From: Acidobacteriota bacterium
Lineage (GTDB): Bacteria > Acidobacteriota > Thermoanaerobaculia > UBA5066
NCBI GenBank assembly: GCA_029567505.1
Contig: JAKPXO010000221.1
Location: 8,166-72,165 of the forward strand
Direction: 5' to 3'
DNA length: 64,000 nucleotides
The notes under the pieces were generated by a model, which ran no database searches, had not been told where the DNA came from, and saw only the letters and a program-made list of their open reading frames with translations. Below are positions 50,286-59,252 of the stretch, one piece after another. Numbering within the stretch: the first letter of the stretch is position 1; each line of letters starts with the position of its first letter. A program made the translations under genes and the position numbers.

Positions 50286-50783
50286 TCACTTCTCCTTGGC
50301 CGGGTTCACCGGCGCCTTGTCGGGGTCGACGCCGGGGTACGGCTTCACGTTCCCGTCCCACTTCGTGAGCTTCGACTTGTCGAGGTAGAGCGCCTCGTCG
50401 CGCTCGTAGACGCCGAGCTCGTACGTCTTCGTAGCGAGCCAGATGGACCTCGGGTTCGTCGGGCACGCCTCCTCGCAGAGGCCGCAGAACATGCACCGCT
50501 TCATGTCGAGGTCGAAGCGGTCGAGCTTCTTCTCGGCCTTCCCCTCGGGGGTCTTCTCCGTGTGCCAGTCGATGTAGATGATGTTGATCGGGCACTCGAT
50601 CGCGCAGAGCGTGCACTTGATGCAGCGCTCCTCGTCGAGCCGGAACATCCCGCGGAAGCGCTCCGACGGCTCCTTGCTCTGCTCCGGGTACTCGATCGTG
50701 TCGGCCTTGCGGCCCGCGTGGCGGGCCGTGACGCGCAGGCCGGCGAAGATGTCGAGGAGGAGGACGCGGTCGAGGAAGCTCAC
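50286..50783 (-). CDS. nuoI: NADH-quinone oxidoreductase subunit I (2x[4Fe-4S] ferredoxin-like)
   Basis: GTG at 50783 (VSFLDRVLLLDIFAGLRVTARHAGRK...YPE); CIKCTLCAIECP and CMFCGLCEEACP motifs. The ORF track extends to 50849, but the start was chosen by NuoI N-terminal homology and the nuoH overlap. Confidence 0.85.
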   Translation of the reverse strand: MSFLDRVLLLDIFAGLRVTARHAGRKADTIEYPEQSKEPSERFRGMFRLDEERCIKCTLCAIECPINIIYIDWHTEKTPEGKAEKKLDRFDLDMKRCMFCGLCEEACPTNPRSIWLATKTYELGVYERDEALYLDKSKLTKWDGNVKPYPGVDPDKAPVNPAKEK

Positions 50784-51946
50784 GCGCGCACCTCCACCTT
50801 CTCCGCGGCCATCCGCGTCGTGACGGACGCCCGGGCGGGGCGCCTCCAAGCCGCGACGAGCCCCCCGGCGACGAGGAGGACCAGGACCGCCCCGAGGACC
50901 TTCAGCCCGGCGGCGCCCCAGAGGGCCGCGAGGGCGACGAGGAAGAGGTTCGCGAGCGAGATCGGCAGGAGCGCCTTCCAGCCGAGCGCCATGAGCTGGT
51001 CAAACCGGTACCGCGGGAACGTGGCCCGGAACCAGATGTAGACGAGGAGGAAGAGGAAGACCTTCCCCGCGAACCAGAAGAAGGGCGGGATCACGTCGAG
51101 GAACGAAAGCCAGGCGACGTTCGGGAACGGGCGGAGCCAGCCGCCGAAGAAGAGCGTCGTGGCGATCGCGCCGATCGAGATCATGTTCCCGTACTCGGAC
51201 ATGAAGAAGATCGCCCAGCGGAAGCCCGAGTACTCGGTGTGGAAGCCACCGACGAGCTCGCTCTCGGCCTCGGGGAGGTCGAACGGGGTCCGGTTCGTCT
51301 CGGCGACACCGGAGACGAAGTAGAGGAAGAACGCGACGAGCCCCGGGAAGACGAACCAGATCCCCGCTTCCTTCTGCGCCTCGATGATCTCGACCATCGA
51401 GAGCGACCCGGCCATCAGGACCGCGGCGACGATCGCGAAGCCCATCGGGACCTCGTAGCTGATCAGCTGCGCCGCGGAGCGGAGGCCGCCGAGGAGCGGG
51501 TACTTCGAGTTCGACGACCAGCCCGCGAGGATGATCCCGTAGACGCCGATCGAGGAGACCGCGAGGATCAGGAGGAGCGCGACGTTCAGGTCCGCCGCGG
51601 CGTGGAGCGGCGTCGTCACGCCGAAGAGGGTGACCTCCGGTCCCCAGGGGACGAGGCCGAGGACGACGACCGCGGGCGTGAAGAGGAGGAGCGGCCCGAG
51701 GAGGTGGATCACCTTCTCGGCCCGGGACGGGACGACGTCTTCCTTGAAGACGAGCTTCACGACGTCGGCGATCCACTGGAAGAAGCCCGCCGGCCCGACG
51801 CGGTTCGGCCCCTTGCGGATCTGGAGCCGGCCGAGGCCCCGGCGCTCGATCCAGGTCAGGATCCCGGCCGCGGTCGCGACCAGGATGACGGTCAGGAGCC
51901 CCTTCACGAAGGGGACGAGGACGTAGTGGACGAGGCTCTCGGACAT
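50780..51946 (-). CDS. nuoH: NADH-quinone oxidoreductase subunit H
   Basis: 388 aa; VAAGILTWIERRGLGRLQIRKGPN signature; immediately follows nuoD, so nuoE, nuoF and nuoG are absent from this operon. Confidence 0.9.
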   Translation of the reverse strand: MSESLVHYVLVPFVKGLLTVILVATAAGILTWIERRGLGRLQIRKGPNRVGPAGFFQWIADVVKLVFKEDVVPSRAEKVIHLLGPLLLFTPAVVVLGLVPWGPEVTLFGVTTPLHAAADLNVALLLILAVSSIGVYGIILAGWSSNSKYPLLGGLRSAAQLISYEVPMGFAIVAAVLMAGSLSMVEIIEAQKEAGIWFVFPGLVAFFLYFVSGVAETNRTPFDLPEAESELVGGFHTEYSGFRWAIFFMSEYGNMISIGAIATTLFFGGWLRPFPNVAWLSFLDVIPPFFWFAGKVFLFLLVYIWFRATFPRYRFDQLMALGWKALLPISLANLFLVALAALWGAAGLKVLGAVLVLLVAGGLVAAWRRPARASVTTRMAAEKVEVRA

Positions 51947-51953
51947 CGCGTTC

Positions 51954-53117
51954 CTACCGGTCGACTTCGCCGAGGACGATGTCGATCGTCCCGATGACGG
52001 CCACGAGGTCGCCCACGAGGTGGCCCTGCGCCATCTCGGGGAGGGCCTGGAGGTTGATGAAGCTCGGGGGTCTCACGTGGAGGCGGTACGGCTTGTTCCC
52101 GCCGCTCGCGACGAGGTGGAAGCCGAGCTCCCCCTTCGGCGCCTCGACGGCGGCGTAGGCCTCGCCCGCCGGCGGCTTGATGACGCGCGGCACCTTCCCG
52201 CGGATCTCCGTCCCCGGGTTCTTCTCGAGCCAGTCGAGGCACTGGAGGACGATCCGCCGGCTCTGGCGGAGCTCGGCGACGCGGACGAGGTAGCGGTCGT
52301 AGGTGTCCGCGTTCTTCCCGACGGGGATGTCGAACTCGAGCTCCGGGTAGACCTCGTAGGGGATCGCCCGGCGGATGTCCCAGGCCTTCCCGGCGGCCCG
52401 GAGGACGGGGCCGGTCATCCCCCACTCGATGCAGCGCTTCTCGTCGAGGACGCCGATCCCGATCGTCCGCTGCTTCCAGATGCGGTTCTCGGTCAGGAGC
52501 TCCTCGTACTCGTCGACGTTCTTCTCGAACGGCTCGGTGAACGCGCGGACCTTCTCGAGCCAACCCGGCGTCAGGTCGACCGGGAGGCCGCCGATCCGCA
52601 TGCAGTTCAGCGTGAGGCGCGCGCCGCAGTACTCCTCGAAGAGGTCGAGGATCACCTCCCGCTCGCGGAACGTGTAGAAGAACGGCGTGATCGCCCCGAG
52701 GTCGAGCGCCGCGGTCGCGAGCCAGAGGACGTGCGAGGAGATCCGCTGCATCTCGTCGAGGAGGACGCGGATGTACTGGGCCCTCTTCGGCACCTCGACG
52801 CCCAGGAGCTTCTCGACGACGAGGACGTAGGCGTGGTTGTTCGTCGCCGAGGCGACGTAGTCCATCCGGTCCGTGTGGGGGACGACCATCGGGAACGTCT
52901 CGGTCTCGAAGAGCTTCTCCGTCCCGCGGTGGAGGTACCCGATGTCGGGACGGGCCGAGACGATCCGCTCGCCGTCGACCTTCAGGACGAGGCGGAGGAC
53001 GCCGTGGGTCGAGGGATGCTGAGGCCCGAAGTTGAGCTCCATCTCGTGGAGCCCGAGGAGCGGCGGCCCCTCCAGCGGGGGAAACTGCGCGGCGGTGCCG
53101 GGCGTCGTCTCGCTCAT
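51954..53117 (-). CDS. nuoD: NADH-quinone oxidoreductase subunit D (49 kDa)
   Basis: 387 aa; NFGPQHPSTHGVLRL start motif, [NiFe]-hydrogenase large-subunit-like fold. Confidence 0.9.
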   Translation of the reverse strand: MSETTPGTAAQFPPLEGPPLLGLHEMELNFGPQHPSTHGVLRLVLKVDGERIVSARPDIGYLHRGTEKLFETETFPMVVPHTDRMDYVASATNNHAYVLVVEKLLGVEVPKRAQYIRVLLDEMQRISSHVLWLATAALDLGAITPFFYTFREREVILDLFEEYCGARLTLNCMRIGGLPVDLTPGWLEKVRAFTEPFEKNVDEYEELLTENRIWKQRTIGIGVLDEKRCIEWGMTGPVLRAAGKAWDIRRAIPYEVYPELEFDIPVGKNADTYDRYLVRVAELRQSRRIVLQCLDWLEKNPGTEIRGKVPRVIKPPAGEAYAAVEAPKGELGFHLVASGGNKPYRLHVRPPSFINLQALPEMAQGHLVGDLVAVIGTIDIVLGEVDR

Positions 53118-53854
53118 GAAAGCACCTTCCGGTTCGGGTCCTTGGGCCCCGGCCCCCCCCCTTCGGGGTAGCGTTCCGGGTAGATCGCCGCGCCCGTGTC
53201 GATCCCCTCGACGGGGAAGTCCTTCCGGAGCGGGTGCCCCTGGAAGCCGTCCCAGGTCAGGATCCGGCGGAGGTCCGGGTGACCGTCGAAGCGGACCCCG
53301 TACATGTCGAAGACCTCGCGCTCCATCCAGTTCGCCGTCAGCCAGACCCCCGTCACCGACGGGCAGCTCTCGCCGACCGCCGCCTTCAGGCGGAGGCGCT
53401 CCTGACCACGCGAGAAGGAGTGAAGGAGGAGGAGGACGTCGAAGCGCGGATCGCGCTCCTTCCAGTCGACGGCCGTCAGGTCGACGAGGTAGGTGAACCC
53501 CTCCGCGTCCTTCAAGTGCCGGCAGGCCTCGACGAGCTTGCCCGGATCGACCTTCACGGTCGTCTCCCCGACGAACTCGTACGCATCGAGGACCGAGCCC
53601 GGGACCGCGGCGGCCAGAGCGGCGACGAGGGGCTTGCCGCTCGCGTCGGTCGGCTTCGGGCCGGCCGGCTTCGGCGGGGCGGCGGGGACTGCGGGGACTG
53701 CCGGCTTCGGCGCGGCCGCTGCTGCAGCCGCCGGGGCCGGCGCCGCCGCAGGGACGGGCCTCGGCTCGGGCGCCGCCGGGGCCGGGGTCTCGGGCGCCTT
53801 CGAGACCGGCTCCGGCGCGGGAGTCTCGGGGGAGATCGTCTTGTCTTCGCTCAT
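53114..53854 (-). CDS. nuoC: NADH-quinone oxidoreductase subunit C (30 kDa) with ~90 aa Pro/Ala-rich N-terminal extension
   Basis: 246 aa; the C-terminal 150 aa match NuoC; the N-terminus is PAPEP/AAAP low complexity. Confidence 0.85.
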   Translation of the reverse strand: MSEDKTISPETPAPEPVSKAPETPAPAAPEPRPVPAAAPAPAAAAAAAPKPAVPAVPAAPPKPAGPKPTDASGKPLVAALAAAVPGSVLDAYEFVGETTVKVDPGKLVEACRHLKDAEGFTYLVDLTAVDWKERDPRFDVLLLLHSFSRGQERLRLKAAVGESCPSVTGVWLTANWMEREVFDMYGVRFDGHPDLRRILTWDGFQGHPLRKDFPVEGIDTGAAIYPERYPEGGGPGPKDPNRKVLS

Positions 53855-53867
53855 CGCGCTCGCCCGT

Positions 53868-54350
53868 TCACGAAGCGCGCCGGAGGGTGCGCGACTTCTG
53901 GATCTTCTTCTGGAGCTCCATGAGGCCGTACAGGAGGGCCTCCGGCCGCGGGGGACATCCGGGGACGTAGACGTCGACGGGGATCAGCCGGTCGACCCCC
54001 TGCGTCACCGCGTAGGTCCGGTACGGGCCGCCGCAGGTCGCGCAGGAGCCCATGGCGATGACCCACTTCGGGTCCGCCATCTGGTCGTAGAGGCGGCGGA
54101 CGATCGGGGCCATCTTCTCGGTCACCGTCCCGGCGACCAGCATCAGGTCGGCCTGGCGCGGCGAGCCGCGGAAGACCTCGGCACCGAAGCGCGCCATGTC
54201 GTGCCGGCTGTCGGTTACCGCCATCATCTCGATGGCGCAGCAGGCGAGGCCGAACTGCAGCGGCCAGAGGGAGTTCTTGCGCCCCCAGCCGATCACGGCG
54301 TCGACCGAGGTCGTGATGACGTTGTCCGGCAGGTCCTTGATCAGGCCCAC
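53868..54350 (-). CDS. nuoB: NADH-quinone oxidoreductase subunit B (PSST, N2 cluster)
   Basis: GTG start chosen by frame arithmetic ([11 protein letters not shown]...); [23 protein letters not shown] and [19 protein letters not shown] motifs. The ORF track extends to 54719 across nuoA. Confidence 0.85.
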   Translation of the reverse strand: MGLIKDLPDNVITTSVDAVIGWGRKNSLWPLQFGLACCAIEMMAVTDSRHDMARFGAEVFRGSPRQADLMLVAGTVTEKMAPIVRRLYDQMADPKWVIAMGSCATCGGPYRTYAVTQGVDRLIPVDVYVPGCPPRPEALLYGLMELQKKIQKSRTLRRAS

Positions 54351-54766
54351 GAGAGCGCCCCCCGCTTCCAGACGTAGACGTATCCCAGCACCAGGATGTA
54401 GAGGAAGACCGCCATCTCGATCAGCCCGAACAGGAGGAGCTTGTCGTACATGACCGCCCACGGGAAGAGGAAGACCGTCTCGACGTCGAAGACGACGAAG
54501 AGGACGGCGATGAGGTAGTAACGGACCGAGAACCGGTGGTCGTGGGCGTCGGTCGCCGACGCGATGCCGCACTCGTAGGGCGACAGCTTCGTCGGGTTCG
54601 GCGCCTTCGCCCGGAGAAGCGCCATCACGACGAGGATGGCCAGCGGAAAGAGCGCCGCGATCGCGGCGAAGAAGAGGATCGGGATATAGCTCTGCACGGC
54701 CTCGGGCCCCCCCGCGCACGCGCCTCCCCGGGGGCGCTTCCGCCCCTGGGTTGTGCGCGTCGTCAC
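54341..54766 (-). CDS. nuoA: NADH-quinone oxidoreductase subunit A
   Basis: 3-TM small subunit ([19 protein letters not shown]...). The true start may be the internal GTG at ~54697; the ORF-track start at 54766 adds a basic 23-aa leader. Confidence 0.8.
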   Translation of the reverse strand: MTTRTTQGRKRPRGGACAGGPEAVQSYIPILFFAAIAALFPLAILVVMALLRAKAPNPTKLSPYECGIASATDAHDHRFSVRYYLIAVLFVVFDVETVFLFPWAVMYDKLLLFGLIEMAVFLYILVLGYVYVWKRGALSWA

Positions 54767-54800
54767 ATGCGGCGGATTGTCCGGTCGGGATGTCTCGAAG

Positions 54801-55907
54801 TCAAACCAAGGGGCCGGAAATCAAGGACTTCCCGAGTCCCGTTTCGCGTTCGGCGACGAGGACGCGGATCGACTCCCCCATTCCGCCGGGGCTGACGAGC
54901 TTGGCCACGGCGTTCCTCTCGGCGACCCGGTGGGCATCGACGCCTTCGCCCGGAACGAGCGCGAGCTCTTCCGCGATGCCGGTCGCGAGGAGGAAACGGG
55001 ACTGCGAGACGAGCCCGTGGACGACGAGACCCTCGGTGCGGAGCACTTCCTCCACCTCGCCGAAGTCGACCCACGCCGTGATGTCGCGGCTCCCCGGATC
55101 GGTCAGGACGTCGCGGGAGACGCCGTGGGCCAGGAACGCTTCGAGGGTTCCGTTCACGCGCGCCGGGCCGTAGAGCGCGCGTGTCGGGGCCCCGTAGTCG
55201 AAGAAGAGGAGAAGCCCTCGGTCGAGCCGGGAGGCGATCGCCCGAACGAGCGCCGCCGTCCCCGGCCGGACCTCGAGAAGCTGGTCCGGCTCGGGCGCCG
55301 CTCCCCGTCTCGCGAGGGCGGCGAGGATGGAGGGGCCGTCCGGGCAGGGCTGCTCCGCCCACGCGAACCGGCCCTCCCCGTCCAGTCCGACACATCTCTC
55401 CCGGAGCGCGCCGTCCGCGCCCAACCGAAAGGCCCGGACGGGCAGGGCGTCGATCAGCTCGTAAGCGACGACGAGCCCCCTGAGCCCCCACGGCAGCTCG
55501 TCGACGGTGGAGTGGAACGTGGCGCCGGGCGCCCGACGATGCGCCGCCGTTCGCCGTGCAGCCGAGGCCTCCACTCCGCGAAGGCGCCATCCGTTGCCTG
55601 CCGACGCCTCCTCCAGGAACGCTAGGAGCTCCCCTTCCCCGGATCCGACGTCGACGAGATCGACCGCCTCCCCGAGCTCCTGGCCGACGCCGGTGGCCGC
55701 CCGCACGAGGCAGCGCGCGAAGGCCGGGTGCCACGAGGCCCCCGTGACGAAGTCGCCACCCCGGCCCACGCGCCCTGGTCGTTCGTAGTAGCCAGCCTCG
55801 TGGTCGTAGAGTGCCGCGTTCTGGAACCGGTCGAATCGGAGCGGCCCCTCTCGGACGATCCAGTCGCGGAGGCGGTCGGTCAGGGAGGGGGCGCGTGCGT
55901 CGCTCAT
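54801..55907 (-). CDS. NDUFAF7/MidA-family (DUF185) SAM-dependent methyltransferase
   Basis: 368 aa from ATG 55907; LVDVGSGEGELLAFL SAM-binding motif and the family hallmark VVAYELIDALPVRAF (NE(L/F)xDALPV); lies 34-100 nt upstream of nuoA on the same strand. Confidence 0.75.
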   Translation of the reverse strand: MSDARAPSLTDRLRDWIVREGPLRFDRFQNAALYDHEAGYYERPGRVGRGGDFVTGASWHPAFARCLVRAATGVGQELGEAVDLVDVGSGEGELLAFLEEASAGNGWRLRGVEASAARRTAAHRRAPGATFHSTVDELPWGLRGLVVAYELIDALPVRAFRLGADGALRERCVGLDGEGRFAWAEQPCPDGPSILAALARRGAAPEPDQLLEVRPGTAALVRAIASRLDRGLLLFFDYGAPTRALYGPARVNGTLEAFLAHGVSRDVLTDPGSRDITAWVDFGEVEEVLRTEGLVVHGLVSQSRFLLATGIAEELALVPGEGVDAHRVAERNAVAKLVSPGGMGESIRVLVAERETGLGKSLISGPLV

Positions 55908-55977
55908 CCCCCGATTCTGACCGTCTCCGCGGGCGAGCGTCAGCGCTAAGATCCTCGGCCGCGGAAGGAGTTGCGCC

Positions 55978-56391
55978 ATGCCGCACGAGCTGAAGACGAG
56001 TCCGGACGAGATGGAGCTCCTGGTGACCTCGCCCGACCGCGAGGGCCTCTTCAGGGACGCCCTGGCCGGCGCCCTCGAGGCCGTCTACGGCGCACCGCTT
56101 CCAGAAGGAGAAAACCAGGGGCAGGTCGTTCCCGTCCAGGCATCGGCGGGAGACGACGAGTCCCTCCTTGTCGAGCTCGTCCACGACGTCCTCCGGGCTG
56201 TGCGCGCAGTGGACGGGGCTCTTCGGCCGCCTCGCTGGCTCGCGTTCGACGACAGGCGCGTCACCGCCAACCTCCCGGTCCACCTCCCGAAGGTCGACGT
56301 CCGGCTGCTCCAGGTCTCGCGCGCGGCCGTCGAAACGGGCGACGGGGGCTGGATCGCCCGGATCGAGCTCTTGCCCCGGGTCGAGGCATGA
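55978..56391 (+). CDS. archease-like protein
   Basis: 137 aa; N-terminus MPHELKTSPDEMELLV...LFRDALAGALEAV resembles the archease HE(L/I)xxHTAD...LEELFxxAAxA pattern. Similarity is moderate. Confidence 0.45.
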   Translation: MPHELKTSPDEMELLVTSPDREGLFRDALAGALEAVYGAPLPEGENQGQVVPVQASAGDDESLLVELVHDVLRAVRAVDGALRPPRWLAFDDRRVTANLPVHLPKVDVRLLQVSRAAVETGDGGWIARIELLPRVEA

Positions 56392-56430
56392 CCGGTTGGG
56401 GATGACCGCCCCGGCCCCTGCGACGAAACG

Positions 56431-56466
56431 AAAAAGCCCCCGGGGCCGAAACCACGGGGGCTTTTC
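56431..56466. terminator. bidirectional intrinsic terminator (AAAAAGCCCCCG-loop-CGGGGGCTTTT) between the convergent archease-like and pseudopilin genes
   Basis: 7-bp GC stem with an A5 tract on one side and a T4 tract on the other, read from the sequence. Confidence 0.65.
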
Positions 56467-56487
56467 AAACCTTTATGACCGAGCGCT

Positions 56488-56979
56488 TTAGCGCTGGACG
56501 CCCTCAGGCCACTGAATGAAGGAGCCGTTCACGTAGACGATGTCGGCGTTGAAGTCGGTCGTCGGGCCAAGGAGGGTGCCCGTTTTGGCCGTGTACTTGC
56601 CATCCCGACCTGCCGAACCGAGGGAGTAGAGACTGCCCGAACTGTCGACGTTGGCCAGGAACCAGGAGTTCCAGCCGTCGGCAAGCGGGACCTGCTTGAT
56701 GTAGGTCGGGGAGAGGTATTCCGAGATTCCGGCGAGCGTGGCGTCGGGGATGACTGTGTCGGGAAGCGTGTAGGCGGCCGCCGGCGGGTACCGGTTGAGG
56801 TCGACGGCATACGCCTCGATGGCGGTCGCCGTCGTCCGCATGTCGCCCATCGACCGGCGCTGCTTGGCACGCTGGATCGCGTTCAGCAGGTTCGGAATCG
56901 CGATCGCGACGATGATGCCGATGATCGCGACGACGGTCAGCAGCTCGATGAGGGTGAAGCCTTTCGTGTTCCGCTTCAT
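56488..56979 (-). CDS. GspG-like major pseudopilin / type IV pilin-like protein (prepilin N-terminal methylation domain), paralog 2
   Basis: 163 aa; MKRNTKG|FTLIELLTVVAIIGIIVAIAIP class III signal; LNAIQRAKQRRSMGDMRTTATAIEAYAVDLNRYP as in GspG; C-terminal NGSFIQWPEGVQ. Confidence 0.8.
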   Translation of the reverse strand: MKRNTKGFTLIELLTVVAIIGIIVAIAIPNLLNAIQRAKQRRSMGDMRTTATAIEAYAVDLNRYPPAAAYTLPDTVIPDATLAGISEYLSPTYIKQVPLADGWNSWFLANVDSSGSLYSLGSAGRDGKYTAKTGTLLGPTTDFNADIVYVNGSFIQWPEGVQR

Positions 56980-57065
56980 GTGAGAAAGCCTCCTACGTGC
57001 TCTCCCGCAAATCCCGCGCCAGTGTCCTGACGCCGCTGCGGTGGCCTATCCCGGTCCTGCCTCGG

Positions 57066-57133
57066 CAATCGCGGGAATGGTGCCGACAAAAAGTGTCGCG
57101 CGGGACCCCCGCCTGGCCCACGAAAAGTGTCGC
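57066..57133 (-). promoter_or_regulatory. candidate sigma-54-type -24/-12 element (cGGCACcattcccGCgattg on the minus strand), with two upstream direct repeats AAAAGTGTCGC (57088-57098 and 57123-57133)
   Basis: GG-N10-GC spacing matches the sigma-54 consensus geometry, about 90-110 nt upstream of the paralog-2 pilin start. The 11-mer occurs twice, ~35 bp apart, upstream of it. Confidence 0.25.
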
Positions 57134-57150
57134 CCATCCGTCGCCGAGGA

Positions 57151-57642
57151 TCAATGCTGAACCCCTTCCGGCCACTGCACGAACCGCCCGTTCACGAGGA
57201 TGATGTCGTCCCGAAAGTCCGTCGTCACCGCAAACGGTGGATCCGTCTGGGCGACCCCCAACCTCCCGCTCGACCGTAGGACGTAATCCGAAAACGACGA
57301 ACTCGTCCCGTACGTGAACCAGGAGTTCCATCCGTCCACGAGGGGCAACGCCCGAATGTAGGTCGGCTGAAGGTAACCCCGGACGGCAACGAGGTTCTCC
57401 GTTGGAAGATCGAGCCCGGCGGGGAGAACGAAGGCGCTCGCCGGAGGGTAGCGGTTGAGGTCGGAAGCATAGGCCTCGATGGCGGTGGAGATCCCCCGCA
57501 TGTCCGCCATCGATCGGCGCTGCCGTGCCCGCTCGATCGCGTTCAGGTAATTCACGACCCCGATCGCGACGACTATCCCGACGATCGCGACCACGACGAG
57601 AACCTCGATCAGTGTGAAGCCCGCCCTCCGCCGGTTGCTCAT
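57151..57642 (-). CDS. GspG-like major pseudopilin / type IV pilin-like protein, paralog 1
   Basis: 163 aa from ATG 57642; MSNRRRAG|FTLIEVLVVVAIVGIVVAIGVV; about 55-60% identical to paralog 2 and the same length; C-terminal NGRFVQWPEGVQH. Confidence 0.8.
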   Translation of the reverse strand: MSNRRRAGFTLIEVLVVVAIVGIVVAIGVVNYLNAIERARQRRSMADMRGISTAIEAYASDLNRYPPASAFVLPAGLDLPTENLVAVRGYLQPTYIRALPLVDGWNSWFTYGTSSSFSDYVLRSSGRLGVAQTDPPFAVTTDFRDDIILVNGRFVQWPEGVQH

Positions 57643-57680
57643 CGTTCCGTACTCCCTTTCGCGCCCTCGGATCAAGATCC

Positions 57681-59252
57681 GTGCCGGCTCTCCGTCCGAC
57701 GCCTCTAGAATGCGCAGGCGTGATCCCGAAACCGCCCTTCGTGAGCGAGCTGACGCTCGAGCGCGAGCTCGAGGAGTTCGATCGCCTCAAGCCGAGGCTC
57801 CGCGAGGTCTGGGATTCCTTCACGATGAGGGACGAAGAGCCCCATACGTCGATCGTCGTCCCCTCCCTGACGCTGGACCAGGAGGAGCTCCTCAAGCTGG
57901 AGGGCTCGCCCTACTACGAGGAACGCCTCCTGTTCCTTCTGATCCGCCTGCGGAACCCGCGCGCGCGGGTCGTCTTCGTGACGTCCCAGCCGGTCCACCC
58001 GCTCGTCCTCGAGTACTACTTCCAGCTCCTCGTCGGGATCCCGGCCAGCCACGCCCGGGCCCGGCTGACCCTCCTCTGCGCCTATGACGACTCCCCACGA
58101 TCGCTGACGGAGAAGATCCTCGAGCGGCCCCGCCTCATCGAGAGGATCCGGGCCGGCATCGCCGACCCGGCGCGCTCCTACCTCACCGTCTTCAACTCGA
58201 CGCCGCTCGAACGGAAGCTCGCCGTCCTTCTCGGCGTGCCGCTCAACGGAGTCGATCCCTCCCTTCGCCACCTCGGGACGAAGTCCGGAAGCCGGAAGGT
58301 CTTCCGCGAGGCCGGCGTCCCTCTGCCGGAAGGCTTCGAGGACCTCCGGTCGCTCGAGGACGTCGAGGAGGCGCTCCTCGAGCTCCATCGCCGACGACCC
58401 CGGACGCGGAAGGCGGTCGTGAAGCTGGACGACAGCTTCTCGGGAGAAGGGAACGCCCTGTTCCGCTACCCGACGACGGTGGGCCGGGAGACCGTGCGCG
58501 AGGCGATGCAGCGGTTCGAGTACGCCGTCCCGTGGGAGACGAACGAGGACTACTTCTCCCGTTTCGCGCGGATGGGGGGCATCGTCGAGGAGTTCCTGGA
58601 GGCCGATCAGAAGACCTCGCCGAGCGTCCAGCTCCGGGTCGACCCTCACGGCGCCGTCGTCCCGATCTCGACCCACGACCAGGTGCTCGGCGGCGTCGGC
58701 GGACAGGTCTTCCTCGGGTGCCTCTTCCCGGCGGCCGACGGCTATCGCCTCGAGGCGCAGGCGGCCGCGCACCGCATCGGCGAGGTCCTCGCGGACCGGG
58801 GCGTCGTCAGCCGGTTCGGCGTCGACTTCCTCGCGACGCGGACGGACGACGCATCCCACTGGTCGCTCCACGCCCTCGAGATCAACCTCCGGATGGGCGG
58901 GACGACCCACCCCTACCTCGCTCTCCAGTTCCTGTCGGGCGGCCGGCTCGACCCCGGCTCCGGGCTCTTCTTCTCGCCGCGAGGGCTTCCGAAGTTCTAC
59001 CGCGCGACCGACAACCTGAAGTCGGAGGCCTACCGGGGCCTGCTTCCCGAGGACCTGATCGAGATCCTGACGATCAACGGCCTCCACTATTCCCACAACA
59101 CGGAGTCGGGCGTCCTCTTCCACCTCATCGGCGCCCTCTCCCAGTACGGGAAGATCGGCGTCACCGCGATCGGCAACAGCCGTGAGGAGGTCGAGCACCT
59201 CTACGCGCGGACCCTGTCGATCCTCGACCGAGAGACGTCCTACGGCCGCTGA
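57681..59252 (+). CDS. ATP-grasp superfamily ligase with N-terminal pre-ATP-grasp domain (PGM1-like peptide-ligase family)
   Basis: 523 aa from GTG at 57681 (alternative GTG at 57715). KAVVKLDDSFSGEGNALF (Gly-rich ATP loop) and ALEINLRMGGTTHPYL (C-terminal Mg/ATP motif) support the ATP-grasp fold. The ~230 aa N-terminal domain has no simple motif. Confidence 0.5.
   Translation: MPALRPTPLECAGVIPKPPFVSELTLERELEEFDRLKPRLREVWDSFTMRDEEPHTSIVVPSLTLDQEELLKLEGSPYYEERLLFLLIRLRNPRARVVFVTSQPVHPLVLEYYFQLLVGIPASHARARLTLLCAYDDSPRSLTEKILERPRLIERIRAGIADPARSYLTVFNSTPLERKLAVLLGVPLNGVDPSLRHLGTKSGSRKVFREAGVPLPEGFEDLRSLEDVEEALLELHRRRPRTRKAVVKLDDSFSGEGNALFRYPTTVGRETVREAMQRFEYAVPWETNEDYFSRFARMGGIVEEFLEADQKTSPSVQLRVDPHGAVVPISTHDQVLGGVGGQVFLGCLFPAADGYRLEAQAAAHRIGEVLADRGVVSRFGVDFLATRTDDASHWSLHALEINLRMGGTTHPYLALQFLSGGRLDPGSGLFFSPRGLPKFYRATDNLKSEAYRGLLPEDLIEILTINGLHYSHNTESGVLFHLIGALSQYGKIGVTAIGNSREEVEHLYARTLSILDRETSYGR

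Noticed and set aside
54341-54766. Literal ORF-track boundaries for nuoA (54766 start), nuoB (54719 start) and nuoI (50849 start).
   Set aside because: The upstream extensions are basic or low-complexity and overlap neighbouring genes in other frames. Internal GTG starts matching conserved N-termini were preferred (nuoB at 54350, nuoI at 50783, nuoA possibly ~54697).
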